This document shows positions 30,445 to 40,907 of a stretch of DNA of 64,000 nucleotides, piece by piece. This stretch comes from Clostridiales bacterium (lineage in GTDB: Bacteria; Bacillota; Clostridia; Oscillospirales; Oscillospiraceae): contig SFEX01000001.1 of NCBI GenBank assembly GCA_004557075.1, positions 150,786 to 214,785 of the forward strand, in the 5' to 3' direction. Each line of letters starts with the position of its first letter. Within the stretch, counting starts at the first letter, position 1. The position numbers and the translations under genes were made by a program. The notes beneath the pieces were generated by a model. The model saw only the letters and a list, made by a program, of their open reading frames with translations, made no database searches and was not told where the DNA came from.

Positions 30445-30816
30445 TTACTCCTTGTTTTTAGTCGAAATGCTCTCGATCTTATCCATCACATCGGGAACGA
30501 GATCCAGCATTCTGTCAACGCTTGTCTTGGCAGGCGGCGCTACGTTTATCATTCGCACACTGCCTTCCTTGACCACAAGAAAGCCGATAGGCTCGATCTT
30601 CACTCCGGCCGCGCTGCCGCCGCCGTAGCCCTGCTTGGCCGTACCAAGAGAGTCGCCGCCGGCGCCGCCGAAGCCGAAGCTCAGCCGCGAAACGGGTATG
30701 ATCGTAAGGCCGTCAGGCGTCACGATCGGCTCGCCGACTATATTATTGACCTCAACAAGGTTCTTGATATTGCTCATCGTCGACTGCATCATTTCGCTGA
30801 GTTTGTTGTTTTCCAT
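30445..30816 (-). CDS. ytfJ: GerW/YtfJ-family sporulation protein
   Basis: IVGEPIVTPDGLTIIPVSRLSFGFGGAGG... is the YtfJ signature. Start at MENNKL. Confidence 0.85.
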   Translation of the reverse strand: MENNKLSEMMQSTMSNIKNLVEVNNIVGEPIVTPDGLTIIPVSRLSFGFGGAGGDSLGTAKQGYGGGSAAGVKIEPIGFLVVKEGSVRMINVAPPAKTSVDRMLDLVPDVMDKIESISTKNKE

Positions 30817-31426
30817 TATGTGCCTTCCTCTCCCGTAATTGATTGATCTTTTGCGCCGCAAGCAGCTTTAAAACGGCAAAACCCGCCGCAAACGCAATTG
30901 CCAGCAATTGACCCACTCTTATTGAAAGCTCAATTTCAAATGAGTACCTGCATTTATCGCCGGTCATATCCGTGTCGATAACAATGTCCTTCTGCCCGAC
31001 CTTAAATTCGTTTTCAAAAAACGGAATGGCCGCGCCAATGACGCTGTTTACGGCGTTAAATATTCTTACCGTATCATACGGATCGGACGATGCGGCAATA
31101 AAGCGCAGAACTATCTTATCAAATCTGAGGCTTCTTTTAAAACGTCTGAGTGCTTTAAAAGCCGTATTCAGCAGGCTGCGCCACTCCTGCGGGCTGAACG
31201 CGGGAAGCTTCTTTGGCTTCTCTGCTTTTTTGCCGTCAGCTTCCTCTGTCTCATCAGGTTTCGGCTCAGGCTCAGGCTCTCGCGGAAATATCTGCTTTTT
31301 ATACGCGGATATCTTGAGTTTCAGCCGCAGTCCTTGCGAGTCGCAGCTTGCGTACACGCCCAGCGGTATAAGCATTATAAGCGCAAGTAATATGAGAATT
31401 ATGACTAATACCGTCAACTGCATCAC
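30752..31426 (-). CDS. ytfI: DUF2953-family (YtfI-like) membrane protein
   Basis: N-terminal TM helix and a Pro/Glu-rich linker. Conserved pairing upstream of ytfJ. Its 3' end overlaps the ytfJ start by about 65 nt. Confidence 0.6.
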   Translation of the reverse strand: MMQLTVLVIILILLALIMLIPLGVYASCDSQGLRLKLKISAYKKQIFPREPEPEPKPDETEEADGKKAEKPKKLPAFSPQEWRSLLNTAFKALRRFKRSLRFDKIVLRFIAASSDPYDTVRIFNAVNSVIGAAIPFFENEFKVGQKDIVIDTDMTGDKCRYSFEIELSIRVGQLLAIAFAAGFAVLKLLAAQKINQLRERKAHNGKQQTQRNDAVDDEQYQEPC

Positions 31427-31435
31427 CTTTAGGGC

Positions 31436-32038
31436 TTATTTCAGTTCCTCAATCTCCAATTGGTTTTCACCCACCGTGCTCAGCTTTTCTATTGCGTCCT
31501 CAAGCTTTTTAACGCCGTCGCCGGAGGTAATGTCCGGCAGCTCGGGCAGCTCTTCAAGACTGCTGACGCCCATAGTGCGCAAAAAAACGTCCGTTGTCCG
31601 CAAAAGTGAGGGTCTGCCGGGGACATCAAGCTTACCGGAGCGCTCGATCAGTCCGCGCTCAAGCAGGACGCCAACGGTATACGAGCTGTCAACGCCCCGC
31701 ACCTGGTCGATATACGCTCGAGTAACAGGCTGAAAATAGGCAACGACCGCAAGCGTTTCAAGCGCGGGCTGAGAGAGCATGGGCGGCTTGCGCTGCTCAA
31801 GCGTTTTTGTTATCACCGCTGCATATTCGGGAGATGAGCAAAGCTGAAGCTTGTTATCAAGCCTTAAAAGCATTATTCCGCGCTGATTGAAGCTGTATTC
31901 ATCGGAAAGCTCCTTAGCCGCCGCAAAAACAGTATCCTCATCCACGCCGAGCACCAGCGATATTCTCGCCGCCGGAACCGGCTCGCCCGCCGCAAAAAGT
32001 ATTGCCTCTATCGCCGATTTTATATTTTCTGTTTCCAT
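31436..32038 (-). CDS. scpB: Segregation and condensation protein B
   Basis: IEAILFAAGEPV N-terminus and a tandem winged-helix pattern. Follows scpA. Confidence 0.9.
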   Translation of the reverse strand: METENIKSAIEAILFAAGEPVPAARISLVLGVDEDTVFAAAKELSDEYSFNQRGIMLLRLDNKLQLCSSPEYAAVITKTLEQRKPPMLSQPALETLAVVAYFQPVTRAYIDQVRGVDSSYTVGVLLERGLIERSGKLDVPGRPSLLRTTDVFLRTMGVSSLEELPELPDITSGDGVKKLEDAIEKLSTVGENQLEIEELK

Positions 32039-32046
32039 TTTATACC

Positions 32047-32829
32047 CTACTCTACGATATTTTGAAGTATTTCGTCTATATTTCCGCCAACAAATTTGAT
32101 GCTATAATCGGATTCATCGCCGCACAGCTCAATGCTGCCCATACTGCACAGCTCAAGCACCGACAGGAACGTGGCAACTATTTCCGAGCGGCTGCCGCAG
32201 GCAGAGTACAGCTCGGAGATTTTAGTCTCGCCGCAGCGAACACGCTCTATTATTTCGCGGCTTTTCGTTTTGACCTCATAAATAATGCGCGAGGGCACTA
32301 TTCGGTGCGCAAGCTCCGGCTCGATCGGCTTCCCGCCGCGGGTAACGACCGCGTACAGAGCGCGAAACAGGTCTGCCGGTTCATGGCGGTACTCATATTC
32401 CCGCGTTGTTTTCGGCAGAGGCTCCGGCATTTTCGTGAAGTAAAGCAATCCCCTTTCGGAGGCTCGTTTTAGCTCCGGGCTTATCTTCTGAACAGCGGCG
32501 TACACATCCTTGCACTTTAGCTGCTCCAGGGAGCTTATCAGCTCTTCAAGCTCGCTTACCTCTTTCTCCCCGGCCAGCAGCGTTTTTGTCTTTATGTACA
32601 GCAGGTGCGACGCCATCTGAACAAATTCGCTGGCGATCTCAAGATCCATCCTCTCCATCTCCGCCAGATACTCAAGGTATTGGTCGAGGATCTCGGAGAT
32701 CCTGATATCGCGTATCTCTATTTTGTTTTTGGAAAGAAGCATAAGTATAAGGCTCAGCGGCCCGTTAAAGTCCTGAGATTCATTTTTTTCCTTAACTATG
32801 CCCTCAAGATAAAAAGTCGGATTTTCCAT
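32047..32829 (-). CDS. scpA: Segregation and condensation protein A (kleisin)
   Basis: FNGPLSLILMLLSKNKIEIRDIRISEILDQYL motif. Start at MENPTF, directly after the upstream stop. Confidence 0.9.
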   Translation of the reverse strand: MENPTFYLEGIVKEKNESQDFNGPLSLILMLLSKNKIEIRDIRISEILDQYLEYLAEMERMDLEIASEFVQMASHLLYIKTKTLLAGEKEVSELEELISSLEQLKCKDVYAAVQKISPELKRASERGLLYFTKMPEPLPKTTREYEYRHEPADLFRALYAVVTRGGKPIEPELAHRIVPSRIIYEVKTKSREIIERVRCGETKISELYSACGSRSEIVATFLSVLELCSMGSIELCGDESDYSIKFVGGNIDEILQNIVE

Positions 32830-32830
32830 A

Positions 32831-33532
32831 TCAGTAGAATAAACCGCTCGACAGAGCAAGGCCCCAGTCAGCAAAAACAAAGAGCTTTTCAAACACAAAA
32901 TCCGTTGCCACGGTCAGCGGATTTCCCAAAACATTTGTAGCCACGAGCAGCAAAAGCACTATCATGCCGTAGCGCTCATAGCGCATTAGCTTCATGTAGC
33001 TTCTGTCGCTCATGAGGGAGAACAGCACCTTTGAGCCATCGAGCGGCGGTATGGGGATAATATTAAATACCGCAAACGCAATACTGAGGTACGCCGTTAC
33101 ATAGACGAGAGTCAATATGGAATCGGCGAACGTAGTATCTGCTATTTTGCACGGCAGGAAAATAAGTCCGTAAATAAACAGCACTACGCAGCATATGAGC
33201 ACGTTCGATACAGGCCCCGCAAGAGCGGTAATAGCCATATCTCGCTTTGGGCTTTTAAAGTTGCGCATATCGACCGGCACGGGCTTTGCCCATCCGAAGT
33301 TGAATGCTATCATCATTATAAGGCCCACTATGTCGAGGTGCTTTATCGGGTTGAGCGTAAGCCTGCCCATGTTTTTTGCGGTGTTGTCCCCAAGCCTGTA
33401 GGCCACATAGCCGTGGCTGAGCTCATGAAGCGTTATGCATATGAGCGCAGGAACAGCCCTGAGCAGCATATTAGTCAGCACCGACCAGTCAAGATTTCTC
33501 ATGACGTCGGAAAAAGAGCCTGTATTAAACAT
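32831..33532 (-). CDS. Site-2 protease (peptidase M50) family membrane protein
   Basis: HELSHGYVA zinc motif in a polytopic membrane protein. Start at MFNTGSF. Confidence 0.8.
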   Translation of the reverse strand: MFNTGSFSDVMRNLDWSVLTNMLLRAVPALICITLHELSHGYVAYRLGDNTAKNMGRLTLNPIKHLDIVGLIMMIAFNFGWAKPVPVDMRNFKSPKRDMAITALAGPVSNVLICCVVLFIYGLIFLPCKIADTTFADSILTLVYVTAYLSIAFAVFNIIPIPPLDGSKVLFSLMSDRSYMKLMRYERYGMIVLLLLVATNVLGNPLTVATDFVFEKLFVFADWGLALSSGLFY

Positions 33533-34115
33533 ACCTGAGTATCTCCGCCATAAGTGCATCCTTGCCGCTGCCCTTCTCTGCAGAAAACGGGATCAGCGGA
33601 ATGTTCTCTGAAAGCTCAAGAGTTGAGCTAATAAGCGCCATATTAGGCTCAAGCTCGCTCTTTTTGAGCTTATCGCATTTGTTTGCAACAACTACCATCG
33701 GGCATTGCGCGCTTTTAAACCACTGCGCCATGGTAACATCGTCCGCAGTCGGCTTATGCCGGGCGTCAACTATCATAACACCGAGATCAATAAGCCCCTC
33801 TGCCGCAAAAAACTGCTCCATGAGCCTGCCCCAGCGCTCGCGCTCCTGCTTTGACACCTTGGCATAACCATATCCCGGAAGATCAACAAAATATGCCTTT
33901 CCGTCGATGAGAAAGTAGTTAACATGTATCGTCTTTCCGGGCGACTGACCCACTCTGGCAAAGTTTTTGCGGTTTAACAGCCTGTTGATAACAGACGATT
34001 TGCCCACGTTGGATTTGCCAGAAAAGACGATATTCGGCAGCTCATCGCGTATAAACCCGTCGGGAGTTGCCGCGGATTTTATAAACTCAGCCTTGTTTAC
34101 ATTGAAATCAGCCAT
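33525..34115 (-). CDS. engB: Ribosome biogenesis GTP-binding protein YsxC/EngB
   Basis: Motifs GKSNVGKSS, DLPGYG and NKCDK. Conserved position downstream of lon. Confidence 0.9.
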   Translation of the reverse strand: MADFNVNKAEFIKSAATPDGFIRDELPNIVFSGKSNVGKSSVINRLLNRKNFARVGQSPGKTIHVNYFLIDGKAYFVDLPGYGYAKVSKQERERWGRLMEQFFAAEGLIDLGVMIVDARHKPTADDVTMAQWFKSAQCPMVVVANKCDKLKKSELEPNMALISSTLELSENIPLIPFSAEKGSGKDALMAEILRYV

Positions 34116-34123
34116 ATTGCACC

Positions 34124-36526
34124 TTACTGCCTCAGGCCGGGTCTCTGCTTTTTCCCGGCAACGGGCATAATAACATCCGCTTTTGCCTCACTCTCGTGCC
34201 TGACAAGAGCAGCCTCAAGCACCTTGTCCACCTTATCGGCCAGCACAAAGTTGAGAGCCGATCTGACCGTCGGGTCGATCTCCGAAAGGTCAGGCTCGTT
34301 ATCCGCCGGGACTATCACCGTGCTGACGCCGTTTCTTAACGCGGCCATTGTTTTCTCCCGCAGTCCGCCTATCGGAAGCACTCTCCCGCGCAGGCTGATC
34401 TCGCCCGTCATGGCGATATCGCGCCTGACAGGGGTTCCTGTGAGCGCAGATACTATGGCTGTGCATATGGTAACACCCGCCGAGGGACCGTCCTTGGGTA
34501 TCGCGCCCTCGGGAAAATGGATATGGATATCCTTGGATTTGTAAAAGTCCGGGTCAATACCGAGCTTTGGTGCGCGGCTTCTTATATAGGTCACCGCAGC
34601 GTGGCAGGACTCCTTCATAACATCGCCGAGGTTTCCCGTCAGCTCAAGCTTGCCGCTGCCGTCAATGACCGCGACTTCAACATCGAGAACCTCGCCGCCG
34701 ACGCTCGTCCATGCCAGACCGCGAACAAGTCCTACTTCATCGCTCATGTGACGCTGTTCGGGCTTGAACTTTGCCGCGCCGAGATAGGTCTGCACCCCTC
34801 CCGCGCGAAGGCTGAGGCTCTTGCGCTCGCCGTTTGCAACGGAAACGGCAGTCTTGCGGCAGATCGTAGCAATATTACGCTCAAGATTTCGCACTCCCGA
34901 CTCGCGGGTATAGAGGCTTATAATCTCGCGTATCGCGTCGTCGCTGAGCTTTAGCTGAGCCGCCTTCAGGCCGTGCTTTTTGCGCTGCTTAGGCAGCAGG
35001 TAATTCTTTGCTATGCTGAGCTTCTCCTCGTCGGTATAGCTCGACAGCTCGATGATCTCCATCCTATCCATCAGCGCTCTCGGTATCGTGTCCGTGGTGT
35101 TTGCTGTTGTTATGAAAAAGACATCGGACAGATCATACGGCAGCTCAAGGAAGTTATCGCGGAAAGTGGAGTTTTGCTCCGGGTCAAGCGCCTCAAGGAG
35201 CGCAGCCGACGGGTCGCCCCTGTAGTCTGAGCCGAGCTTGTCTATCTCGTCAAGAACCATGAGAGGATTTGAGCTCTTGGCCTGACGGATACCGTTAATT
35301 ATTCTGCCGGGCATCGCTCCGACATAGGTTTTTCTGTGTCCGCGTATCTCCGCCTCGTCGTGTACGCCGCCGAGAGAGATTCGGACAAGATTGCGGTTTG
35401 TTGCTCTTGCTATGCTCATTGCTATGCTGGTCTTGCCGGTTCCCGGAGGGCCGACAAGGCAGAGCAGACTGCCGCTCATGCCGGGTGCAAGCTGCCTCAC
35501 CGCAAGATATTCGATTATGCGCTCTTTGACTTTTTCAAGGCCGAAATGATCCTCGTCGAGCTTTTTCCTTGCCGCGGCAATGTCGTTTGTCTCCTTTGTC
35601 TTTACATTCCATGGCAGTTCAAGGCATGTGTCAAGATAGCCTCTTATAACGGTCGCCTCAGTGGAGCCGAACGGCTGCTTTGCAAGGTGCGATACCTCTT
35701 TGAGAAGCTTCTCCTCGACCTCCTCCGGCAAGCTCAGGCTGCGGATCTTCGCCCTGTACTCAGAGATATCGTCAACGCTGTCATCCTCACCAAGCTCCTG
35801 CTGAATGACCTTCATCTGCTCGCGCAGATAGTAATCCCGCTGGTTTCTGTTTACCTGCTCGTTGGTCGCTTCATTAAGCTCCTGCTCAATGCTCATCACG
35901 TTCAGCTCATGGTTGAGCATTTCAATGAGCATTTCAAGTCTCCTGCACGGGTGCAGCTCCTCAAGCAGTTCTTGCTTATCCCGATAGTCAAGGCGAACAT
36001 TCTGCGAAATATAGTTGCTGACAAAGCTCGGGTCGCGGCTGATAACCAGGTTGAGCAGCATTTCCGGAGCCATATTCCCCGCAAGCTGAACATATTCGTC
36101 GAAAAGGCTGACAGCAGTGCGCATAAGCGCCTCGCGCTTATCCTGTTCAACGGTCTCCGCTTTGTCCGGCACCTTCTCGATCATGCCGAAAAAGTAAGGC
36201 TGATCGGAGATAAACTCGGCGATCCTGCCTCTGTGCATTCCCTCTGCCATAACCTTGCAGAGCTTGCTTCCGGGCTGGCGCACAAGCTGGCGAATACGGC
36301 AAACCATACCGTATTCATAAATATCGTTTTCTTCGGGCAGGTCGGTGGATATATCCTTCTGCGTTACGAGAAAAATCTCCTGGTCCGCACCGGCAGCGCA
36401 ATTGAGCGCGGCAAGGGATATCGGACGCTCAACATCAAAGCTCAGGAGCATTCCCTCGAACACATTAAGCCCGCGCAAAGCTAAGATAGGCATTGCGCGC
36501 GTTTCCGTTCTTTTTGTATTACTCAT
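34124..36526 (-). CDS. lon: ATP-dependent Lon protease (LonA)
   Basis: Walker A GPPGTGKTS and catalytic KDGPSAGVT. Start at MSNTKR after AAAGGAGAA. Confidence 0.95.
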   Translation of the reverse strand: MSNTKRTETRAMPILALRGLNVFEGMLLSFDVERPISLAALNCAAGADQEIFLVTQKDISTDLPEENDIYEYGMVCRIRQLVRQPGSKLCKVMAEGMHRGRIAEFISDQPYFFGMIEKVPDKAETVEQDKREALMRTAVSLFDEYVQLAGNMAPEMLLNLVISRDPSFVSNYISQNVRLDYRDKQELLEELHPCRRLEMLIEMLNHELNVMSIEQELNEATNEQVNRNQRDYYLREQMKVIQQELGEDDSVDDISEYRAKIRSLSLPEEVEEKLLKEVSHLAKQPFGSTEATVIRGYLDTCLELPWNVKTKETNDIAAARKKLDEDHFGLEKVKERIIEYLAVRQLAPGMSGSLLCLVGPPGTGKTSIAMSIARATNRNLVRISLGGVHDEAEIRGHRKTYVGAMPGRIINGIRQAKSSNPLMVLDEIDKLGSDYRGDPSAALLEALDPEQNSTFRDNFLELPYDLSDVFFITTANTTDTIPRALMDRMEIIELSSYTDEEKLSIAKNYLLPKQRKKHGLKAAQLKLSDDAIREIISLYTRESGVRNLERNIATICRKTAVSVANGERKSLSLRAGGVQTYLGAAKFKPEQRHMSDEVGLVRGLAWTSVGGEVLDVEVAVIDGSGKLELTGNLGDVMKESCHAAVTYIRSRAPKLGIDPDFYKSKDIHIHFPEGAIPKDGPSAGVTICTAIVSALTGTPVRRDIAMTGEISLRGRVLPIGGLREKTMAALRNGVSTVIVPADNEPDLSEIDPTVRSALNFVLADKVDKVLEAALVRHESEAKADVIMPVAGKKQRPGLRQ

Positions 36527-36592
36527 ATTTTTCTCCTTTCCTGGAGTATTAAAAAGGCGCAAGACGGGACATATGCCCCGCCTTGTCATATA

Positions 36593-37834
36593 TTACTTAC
36601 GAATTACCTCGGGGCTGGTGTTATTCTTCACGCAGTCGGCGGTGACAATGACCTTCTTAATGTCATTTTCTGAAGGGACGGTATACATTATATCCGTCAT
36701 TATGCTCTCCATGACGCTGCGCAGTCCTCGGGCGCCTATCTTTCTCTCGATGGCCTTGTCGGCAACCGCTTCAAGCGCCTCTTTCTCGTATTCCAGCTCG
36801 ACGCCGTCATAGCTCATAAGCGCCTGATACTGCTTTGTCATGGCGTTCTTGGGCTCTGTGAGGATGCGAACAAGATCCTCTCGCTTGAGAGAGGCAAGCG
36901 ATGCGATAACAGGAAGCCTGCCGATAAGCTCAGGAATGATGCCGAATTTAAGCAGATCATGCTGCTGCACCTGCGCAAGAAGCTCTCCGACGTCGTTCTC
37001 GTTAGAGCTTTTTATCTCAGCTCCGAAGCCAATGCTCTTTTTATCGGTGCGTCTTTCAATTATCTTGTCAAGTCCGTCAAACGCTCCGCCGCAGATAAAG
37101 AGGATGTTAGTGGTATCAACCTTTATAAATTCCTGATGCGGATGCTTGCGCCCGCCCTGGGGCGGTACATTTGCCACCGTGCCCTCCAGCAGCTTCAGCA
37201 GCGCCTGCTGGACGCCTTCGCCGGAGACGTCGCGGGTTATGGATGTATTTTCACTCTTACGAGCAATTTTGTCAATTTCGTCAATGTATATTATGCCCTT
37301 CTCAGCTCGCTCAACATCGAAGTCGGCAGCCTGCAGCAGGCGAAGAAGAATGTTTTCAACATCCTCGCCGACATAGCCGGCCTCCGTAAGCGTAGTTGCG
37401 TCGGCGATTGCAAAAGGCACGTTCAGCATCTTTGCAAGCGACTGCGCAAAGAGAGTTTTTCCGCTGCCGGTGGGGCCGATAAGCAGAATGTTGCTCTTTT
37501 GCAGCTCAACATCATTATCGCCTGCGTAAAGAATTCGCTTATAGTGATTATACACGGCAACGGAAAGGACTACCTTTGCCCTGTCCTGCCCGACTATATA
37601 TTCATCAAGCTTTGCTTTTATTCCCGCCGGCTTTGGCAGGTCTTCAAAGTGAAGCCTGTTGCCCTCAGAATCGCGCACCGAGTTCTGTTCGCCGTCGGAG
37701 ATTATGCTCATGCATAGATGTATGCACTCATCGCATATATACGCGCCGTTTCCGGCGATAAGCCTGCCGGCCTGAGCCTGCGTTCTTCCGCAGAATGAGC
37801 ATCTCATACTTTTCCTGTCGTCTGTTCTTGCCAT
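36593..37834 (-). CDS. clpX: ATP-dependent Clp protease ATP-binding subunit ClpX
   Basis: Zinc-binding CSFCGR...CDEC and Walker A GPTGSGKT. Confidence 0.95.
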   Translation of the reverse strand: MARTDDRKSMRCSFCGRTQAQAGRLIAGNGAYICDECIHLCMSIISDGEQNSVRDSEGNRLHFEDLPKPAGIKAKLDEYIVGQDRAKVVLSVAVYNHYKRILYAGDNDVELQKSNILLIGPTGSGKTLFAQSLAKMLNVPFAIADATTLTEAGYVGEDVENILLRLLQAADFDVERAEKGIIYIDEIDKIARKSENTSITRDVSGEGVQQALLKLLEGTVANVPPQGGRKHPHQEFIKVDTTNILFICGGAFDGLDKIIERRTDKKSIGFGAEIKSSNENDVGELLAQVQQHDLLKFGIIPELIGRLPVIASLASLKREDLVRILTEPKNAMTKQYQALMSYDGVELEYEKEALEAVADKAIERKIGARGLRSVMESIMTDIMYTVPSENDIKKVIVTADCVKNNTSPEVIRK

Positions 37835-37877
37835 TGATCTACCTCAAACATTTGGGAGTTATAATACGGTACAAATA

Positions 37878-37900
37878 TGGGGGAACATCAAGTTCCCCCA
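37878..37900 (-). terminator. Hairpin terminator/attenuator between clpP and clpX
   Basis: TGGGGGAAC-ttgat-GTTCCCCCA stem-loop followed by tATTTGT on the minus strand (short T tract). Confidence 0.5.
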
Positions 37901-37905
37901 CAAAT

Positions 37906-38487
37906 TCAGCGCTTGGTGATCACCTTGTCGATAATGCCGTACTCAAGTGCCTCCTGCGCGGACATGAAATGGTCACGCTCACAGTCGCGCTCGACGGTCT
38001 CGATGGTTTTGCCGGTGTTCTCGGCAAGTATCCTGTTAAGATTTTTCTTTATCTTCAGGATCTGCTCGGCCTGGATCTGAATGTCGGTGCACTGGCCCTG
38101 ACTGCCGCCCGACGGCTGGTGAATCATGATCTCGGCGTTGGGCAGAGCAAGGCGCTTACCCTTGGCTCCGCTTGACAGCAGGAACGCGCCCATTGAAGCG
38201 GCCATGCCGATGCAGATAGTTGATACATCGGGCTTGATGTACTGCATTGTGTCGTAGATAGCCATGCCGGATGTAACGCTTCCGCCGGGGCTGTTGATAT
38301 AAAACTGGATATCCTTGTCAGGATCCTGCGCTTCGAGATAGAGAAGCTGCGCGACTATAAGGCTTGCGGTCGCGTCGTTGACCTCCTCCGACAGCATAAT
38401 AATGCGGTCATTGAGAAGTCTTGAGAAAATGTCATACGAGCGCTCGCCGCGGCTCGTCTGCTCAACTACATAGGGTACTAAACTCAT
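37906..38487 (-). CDS. clpP: ATP-dependent Clp protease proteolytic subunit
   Basis: Catalytic Ser context GMAASMGAF and His context MIHQPSGG. Confidence 0.95.
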   Translation of the reverse strand: MSLVPYVVEQTSRGERSYDIFSRLLNDRIIMLSEEVNDATASLIVAQLLYLEAQDPDKDIQFYINSPGGSVTSGMAIYDTMQYIKPDVSTICIGMAASMGAFLLSSGAKGKRLALPNAEIMIHQPSGGSQGQCTDIQIQAEQILKIKKNLNRILAENTGKTIETVERDCERDHFMSAQEALEYGIIDKVITKR

Positions 38488-38548
38488 AATAAGTCTCCTT
38501 TCGAATTATACTGCTTATCCAGGAGATCATATCCGAATAATCAGCTAA

Positions 38549-39838
38549 TTATTCAGCAGCTTCCTCAGTTGCCGACTCTATAACCAGCTTGGTAGCTTTT
38601 TCTTTCTTGAACTCGCCTCTTATATACTCATCGCCAAAGTACTTGCGGATCTGATCGGGAGTGGCGCCGACAGTCTCAGCCGCGCCCTTGATGTAATCCT
38701 CAAGCTCCTCGTCGGTGACTTCAATATTCTCTGCCTCTACTATTGCGTTGAGAAGCAGCTCCTGCTTTACCTGGTACTCGGCAGCGGGACGGATGGTGGC
38801 GTTGATGGCTTCCTCGTCCAGACCCATCATCTGGCTGATCTGCTCGGTTGTCATTTTGGGATCAGTGAGGCCAAAGTTTGCGGCATAGCTGTGGATAAGC
38901 TCGTCGATCTTCGCCTGCATCATGCTATCGGGTACTTCAACGGTCATATTGTCGCAGGCCTTTGTCATGATAGCGGTGCGGAACTTGGCATCGACCTGCT
39001 CCTGCATTACGCGCTCCATATCCTTGCGTGTATCTTCTCTGTACTCGGCAACGGTATTAAACTCGGAAACGTCCTGAACGAAATCATCGTCCAGCTCGGG
39101 CAGCTCTGTCATGGAAAGAGCGTTCAGCTTTACCTTGAACACAACGTCCTTGCCTGCAAGCTCGGGGGTGTAATCCTCGGGGAAGGTTATATTGATGTCC
39201 TTTTCCTCGCCGATGTTCATGCCGACGATCTGCTCCTCAAAGCCGGGCACGAAGGTGTGTGAGCCAAGCTCAAGCTCATAGCCCTCGGACTTGCCGCCGT
39301 CGAAGGGAACTCCGTCGAGGTATCCGTCAAAATCGATATCGGCGGTGTCGCCCATCTGAGCTTCGCGCTCAACGTCGATAACGCGGCCGTTGCGCTTGAG
39401 AACGCCCTTGATCTGACCGTCAATATCCTCTTCGGTGACAATAAAGGTCTCCTTAACTGCGCTGAGGTTCTTATACTCGCCCAGAGTTACCTCAGGGTAA
39501 AGCTCAACGTCGAAGGTAAGAGTAAGAACCTTATCATCGGAAAGGTCAACATTGGAGATAGCGGGCTTGCCGATTATTTTAAGGCCACAGTTATCATAGC
39601 CGTAGTCAAAAGCGCCGGGAACGAGGTCGTCGATAGCGTCCTGATAGAAAACCTCATGACCGTACATGCCCTCAACAACTGCGCGGGGAGCCTTGCCCTG
39701 TCTGAATCCCGGTATTGAGATCTTGTCCTTATTCTTTTTATATGCCTCGTTAACTGCGGCTTCAAACTCGGCCGCATCAATCTCTACCTCAAATTTTGCA
39801 GTCTTGGAGTCATTTTTTTCTACATTCTTTACTAACAT
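38549..39838 (-). CDS. tig: Trigger factor
   Basis: 429 aa with GFRQGKAPR ribosome-binding motif and a central FKBP domain. Lies upstream of clpP-clpX. Confidence 0.95.
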   Translation of the reverse strand: MLVKNVEKNDSKTAKFEVEIDAAEFEAAVNEAYKKNKDKISIPGFRQGKAPRAVVEGMYGHEVFYQDAIDDLVPGAFDYGYDNCGLKIIGKPAISNVDLSDDKVLTLTFDVELYPEVTLGEYKNLSAVKETFIVTEEDIDGQIKGVLKRNGRVIDVEREAQMGDTADIDFDGYLDGVPFDGGKSEGYELELGSHTFVPGFEEQIVGMNIGEEKDINITFPEDYTPELAGKDVVFKVKLNALSMTELPELDDDFVQDVSEFNTVAEYREDTRKDMERVMQEQVDAKFRTAIMTKACDNMTVEVPDSMMQAKIDELIHSYAANFGLTDPKMTTEQISQMMGLDEEAINATIRPAAEYQVKQELLLNAIVEAENIEVTDEELEDYIKGAAETVGATPDQIRKYFGDEYIRGEFKKEKATKLVIESATEEAAE

Positions 39839-39877
39839 TTATATATTCCTCCTAAAGTTTTTCACATAGACCAATAA

Positions 39878-39906
39878 ATAATAACAGATAATGCCCTTAA
39901 AAGCAA
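39878..39906 (-). promoter_or_regulatory. Candidate sigma-A promoter of tig
   Basis: Minus strand TTGCTT, 17 nt spacer, TATTAT. About 40 nt upstream of the AGGAGG SD of tig. Confidence 0.4.
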
Positions 39907-39949
39907 TGATTTTATTTTAATAAATGAACAGACTATACATTTAATATTG

Positions 39950-40618
39950 TCAAATAAGCTTCTGCGGGCGAAATTGGACATAGTCGGCGGATACAAGCTG
40001 AAACTGAGTCCCGCCGAGTATTCCGTTGAAAGCATATGCGCAACCTGCGCTGTGTATATGCCCGTAGCAGCAGCGCTTAACGTTGTAGGCTTTAAGCAGC
40101 TCCAATATCTCGGGGCACTCATAGCCCTGATATTTCGGCGGGTAGTGGAGAAAAACGTACTTATCCCCCTCGCCTGCCGAGCGCAGCGACGCTTCCAGCC
40201 GCATTACCTCGCGGTTCATGATTTTCTTATCATGCACATCGTTTTTGCTCTCCTCATAAAACCAGCCGCGCGTTCCGCATATGGATACATTGTTATGCAA
40301 AATATCGATGCTTTCTATTCCATGCTCTCTGAAGAAATTACCGGCTTTTGTCGCTGTTGTCCACCAATAGTCGTGGTTGCCCTTGAGTATTATCTTTTTG
40401 CCGGGCAGCTTATCTATAAATAAAAAGTCCGGCAGGGCTTCATCCATGGTCATTCCCCATGTGATATCGCCGCAGATGACAGTCAGGTCGTCGTCGTGCA
40501 GCGCCATGAAGCCATCGGTGATTTTTTCAACGTAATTTAACCATCGGCCTCCGAAGACATCCATCGGTTTTTCTGTGCCCAATGAAAGGTGAAGGTCGCC
40601 TATCGCATATAAAGACAT
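39950..40618 (-). CDS. Metallophosphoesterase-family protein
   Basis: Motifs YAIGDLHLS, CGDITWG and GNHDYWW. Start at MSLYAIG after GGAGGGGG. Confidence 0.8.
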   Translation of the reverse strand: MSLYAIGDLHLSLGTEKPMDVFGGRWLNYVEKITDGFMALHDDDLTVICGDITWGMTMDEALPDFLFIDKLPGKKIILKGNHDYWWTTATKAGNFFREHGIESIDILHNNVSICGTRGWFYEESKNDVHDKKIMNREVMRLEASLRSAGEGDKYVFLHYPPKYQGYECPEILELLKAYNVKRCCYGHIHSAGCAYAFNGILGGTQFQLVSADYVQFRPQKLI

Positions 40619-40694
40619 ATCCCCCTCCGAATAAATCAGCAAAAACAGTTAAAGCTATTATTGCCTGAAGGCAATAAACTCTGGAGGTATAGTT

Positions 40695-40877
40695 ATGAGT
40701 AACAAGAAAATGAGCAACGAGCAGATCACCGGCGTCGGCTGCGACGTTACAAACTGCAAGTACAATACCATTGACTGCAAGTGCTCTGCTTCACACATCA
40801 GCGTGCAGAACGACAGAGCAACCACGAAGTCCGAAACCTTCTGCTCTACCTTCTGCCCCCGCGGCTGCTGCGACTAA
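40695..40877 (+). CDS. DUF1540-family Cys-rich small protein
   Basis: 60 aa. VGCDVTNCKYN...CSASHISV...FCSTF pattern. GGAGG SD. One of the few plus-strand genes in the backbone. Confidence 0.7.
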   Translation: MSNKKMSNEQITGVGCDVTNCKYNTIDCKCSASHISVQNDRATTKSETFCSTFCPRGCCD

Positions 40878-40907
40878 TCGCACGGGGCTACGCCCCGTAC
40901 ATACAGC

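Noticed and set aside
35336-36484. 382-aa plus-strand ORF
   Set aside because: It is antisense to lon. The lon reading frame carries Walker A and the catalytic Ser motif.
40884-40900. Hairpin ACGGGGC-tac-GCCCCGT between DUF1540 and thrC as a terminator
   Set aside because: The stem is 7 bp with no U-tract on either strand. It is possible but not supportable as an intrinsic terminator.
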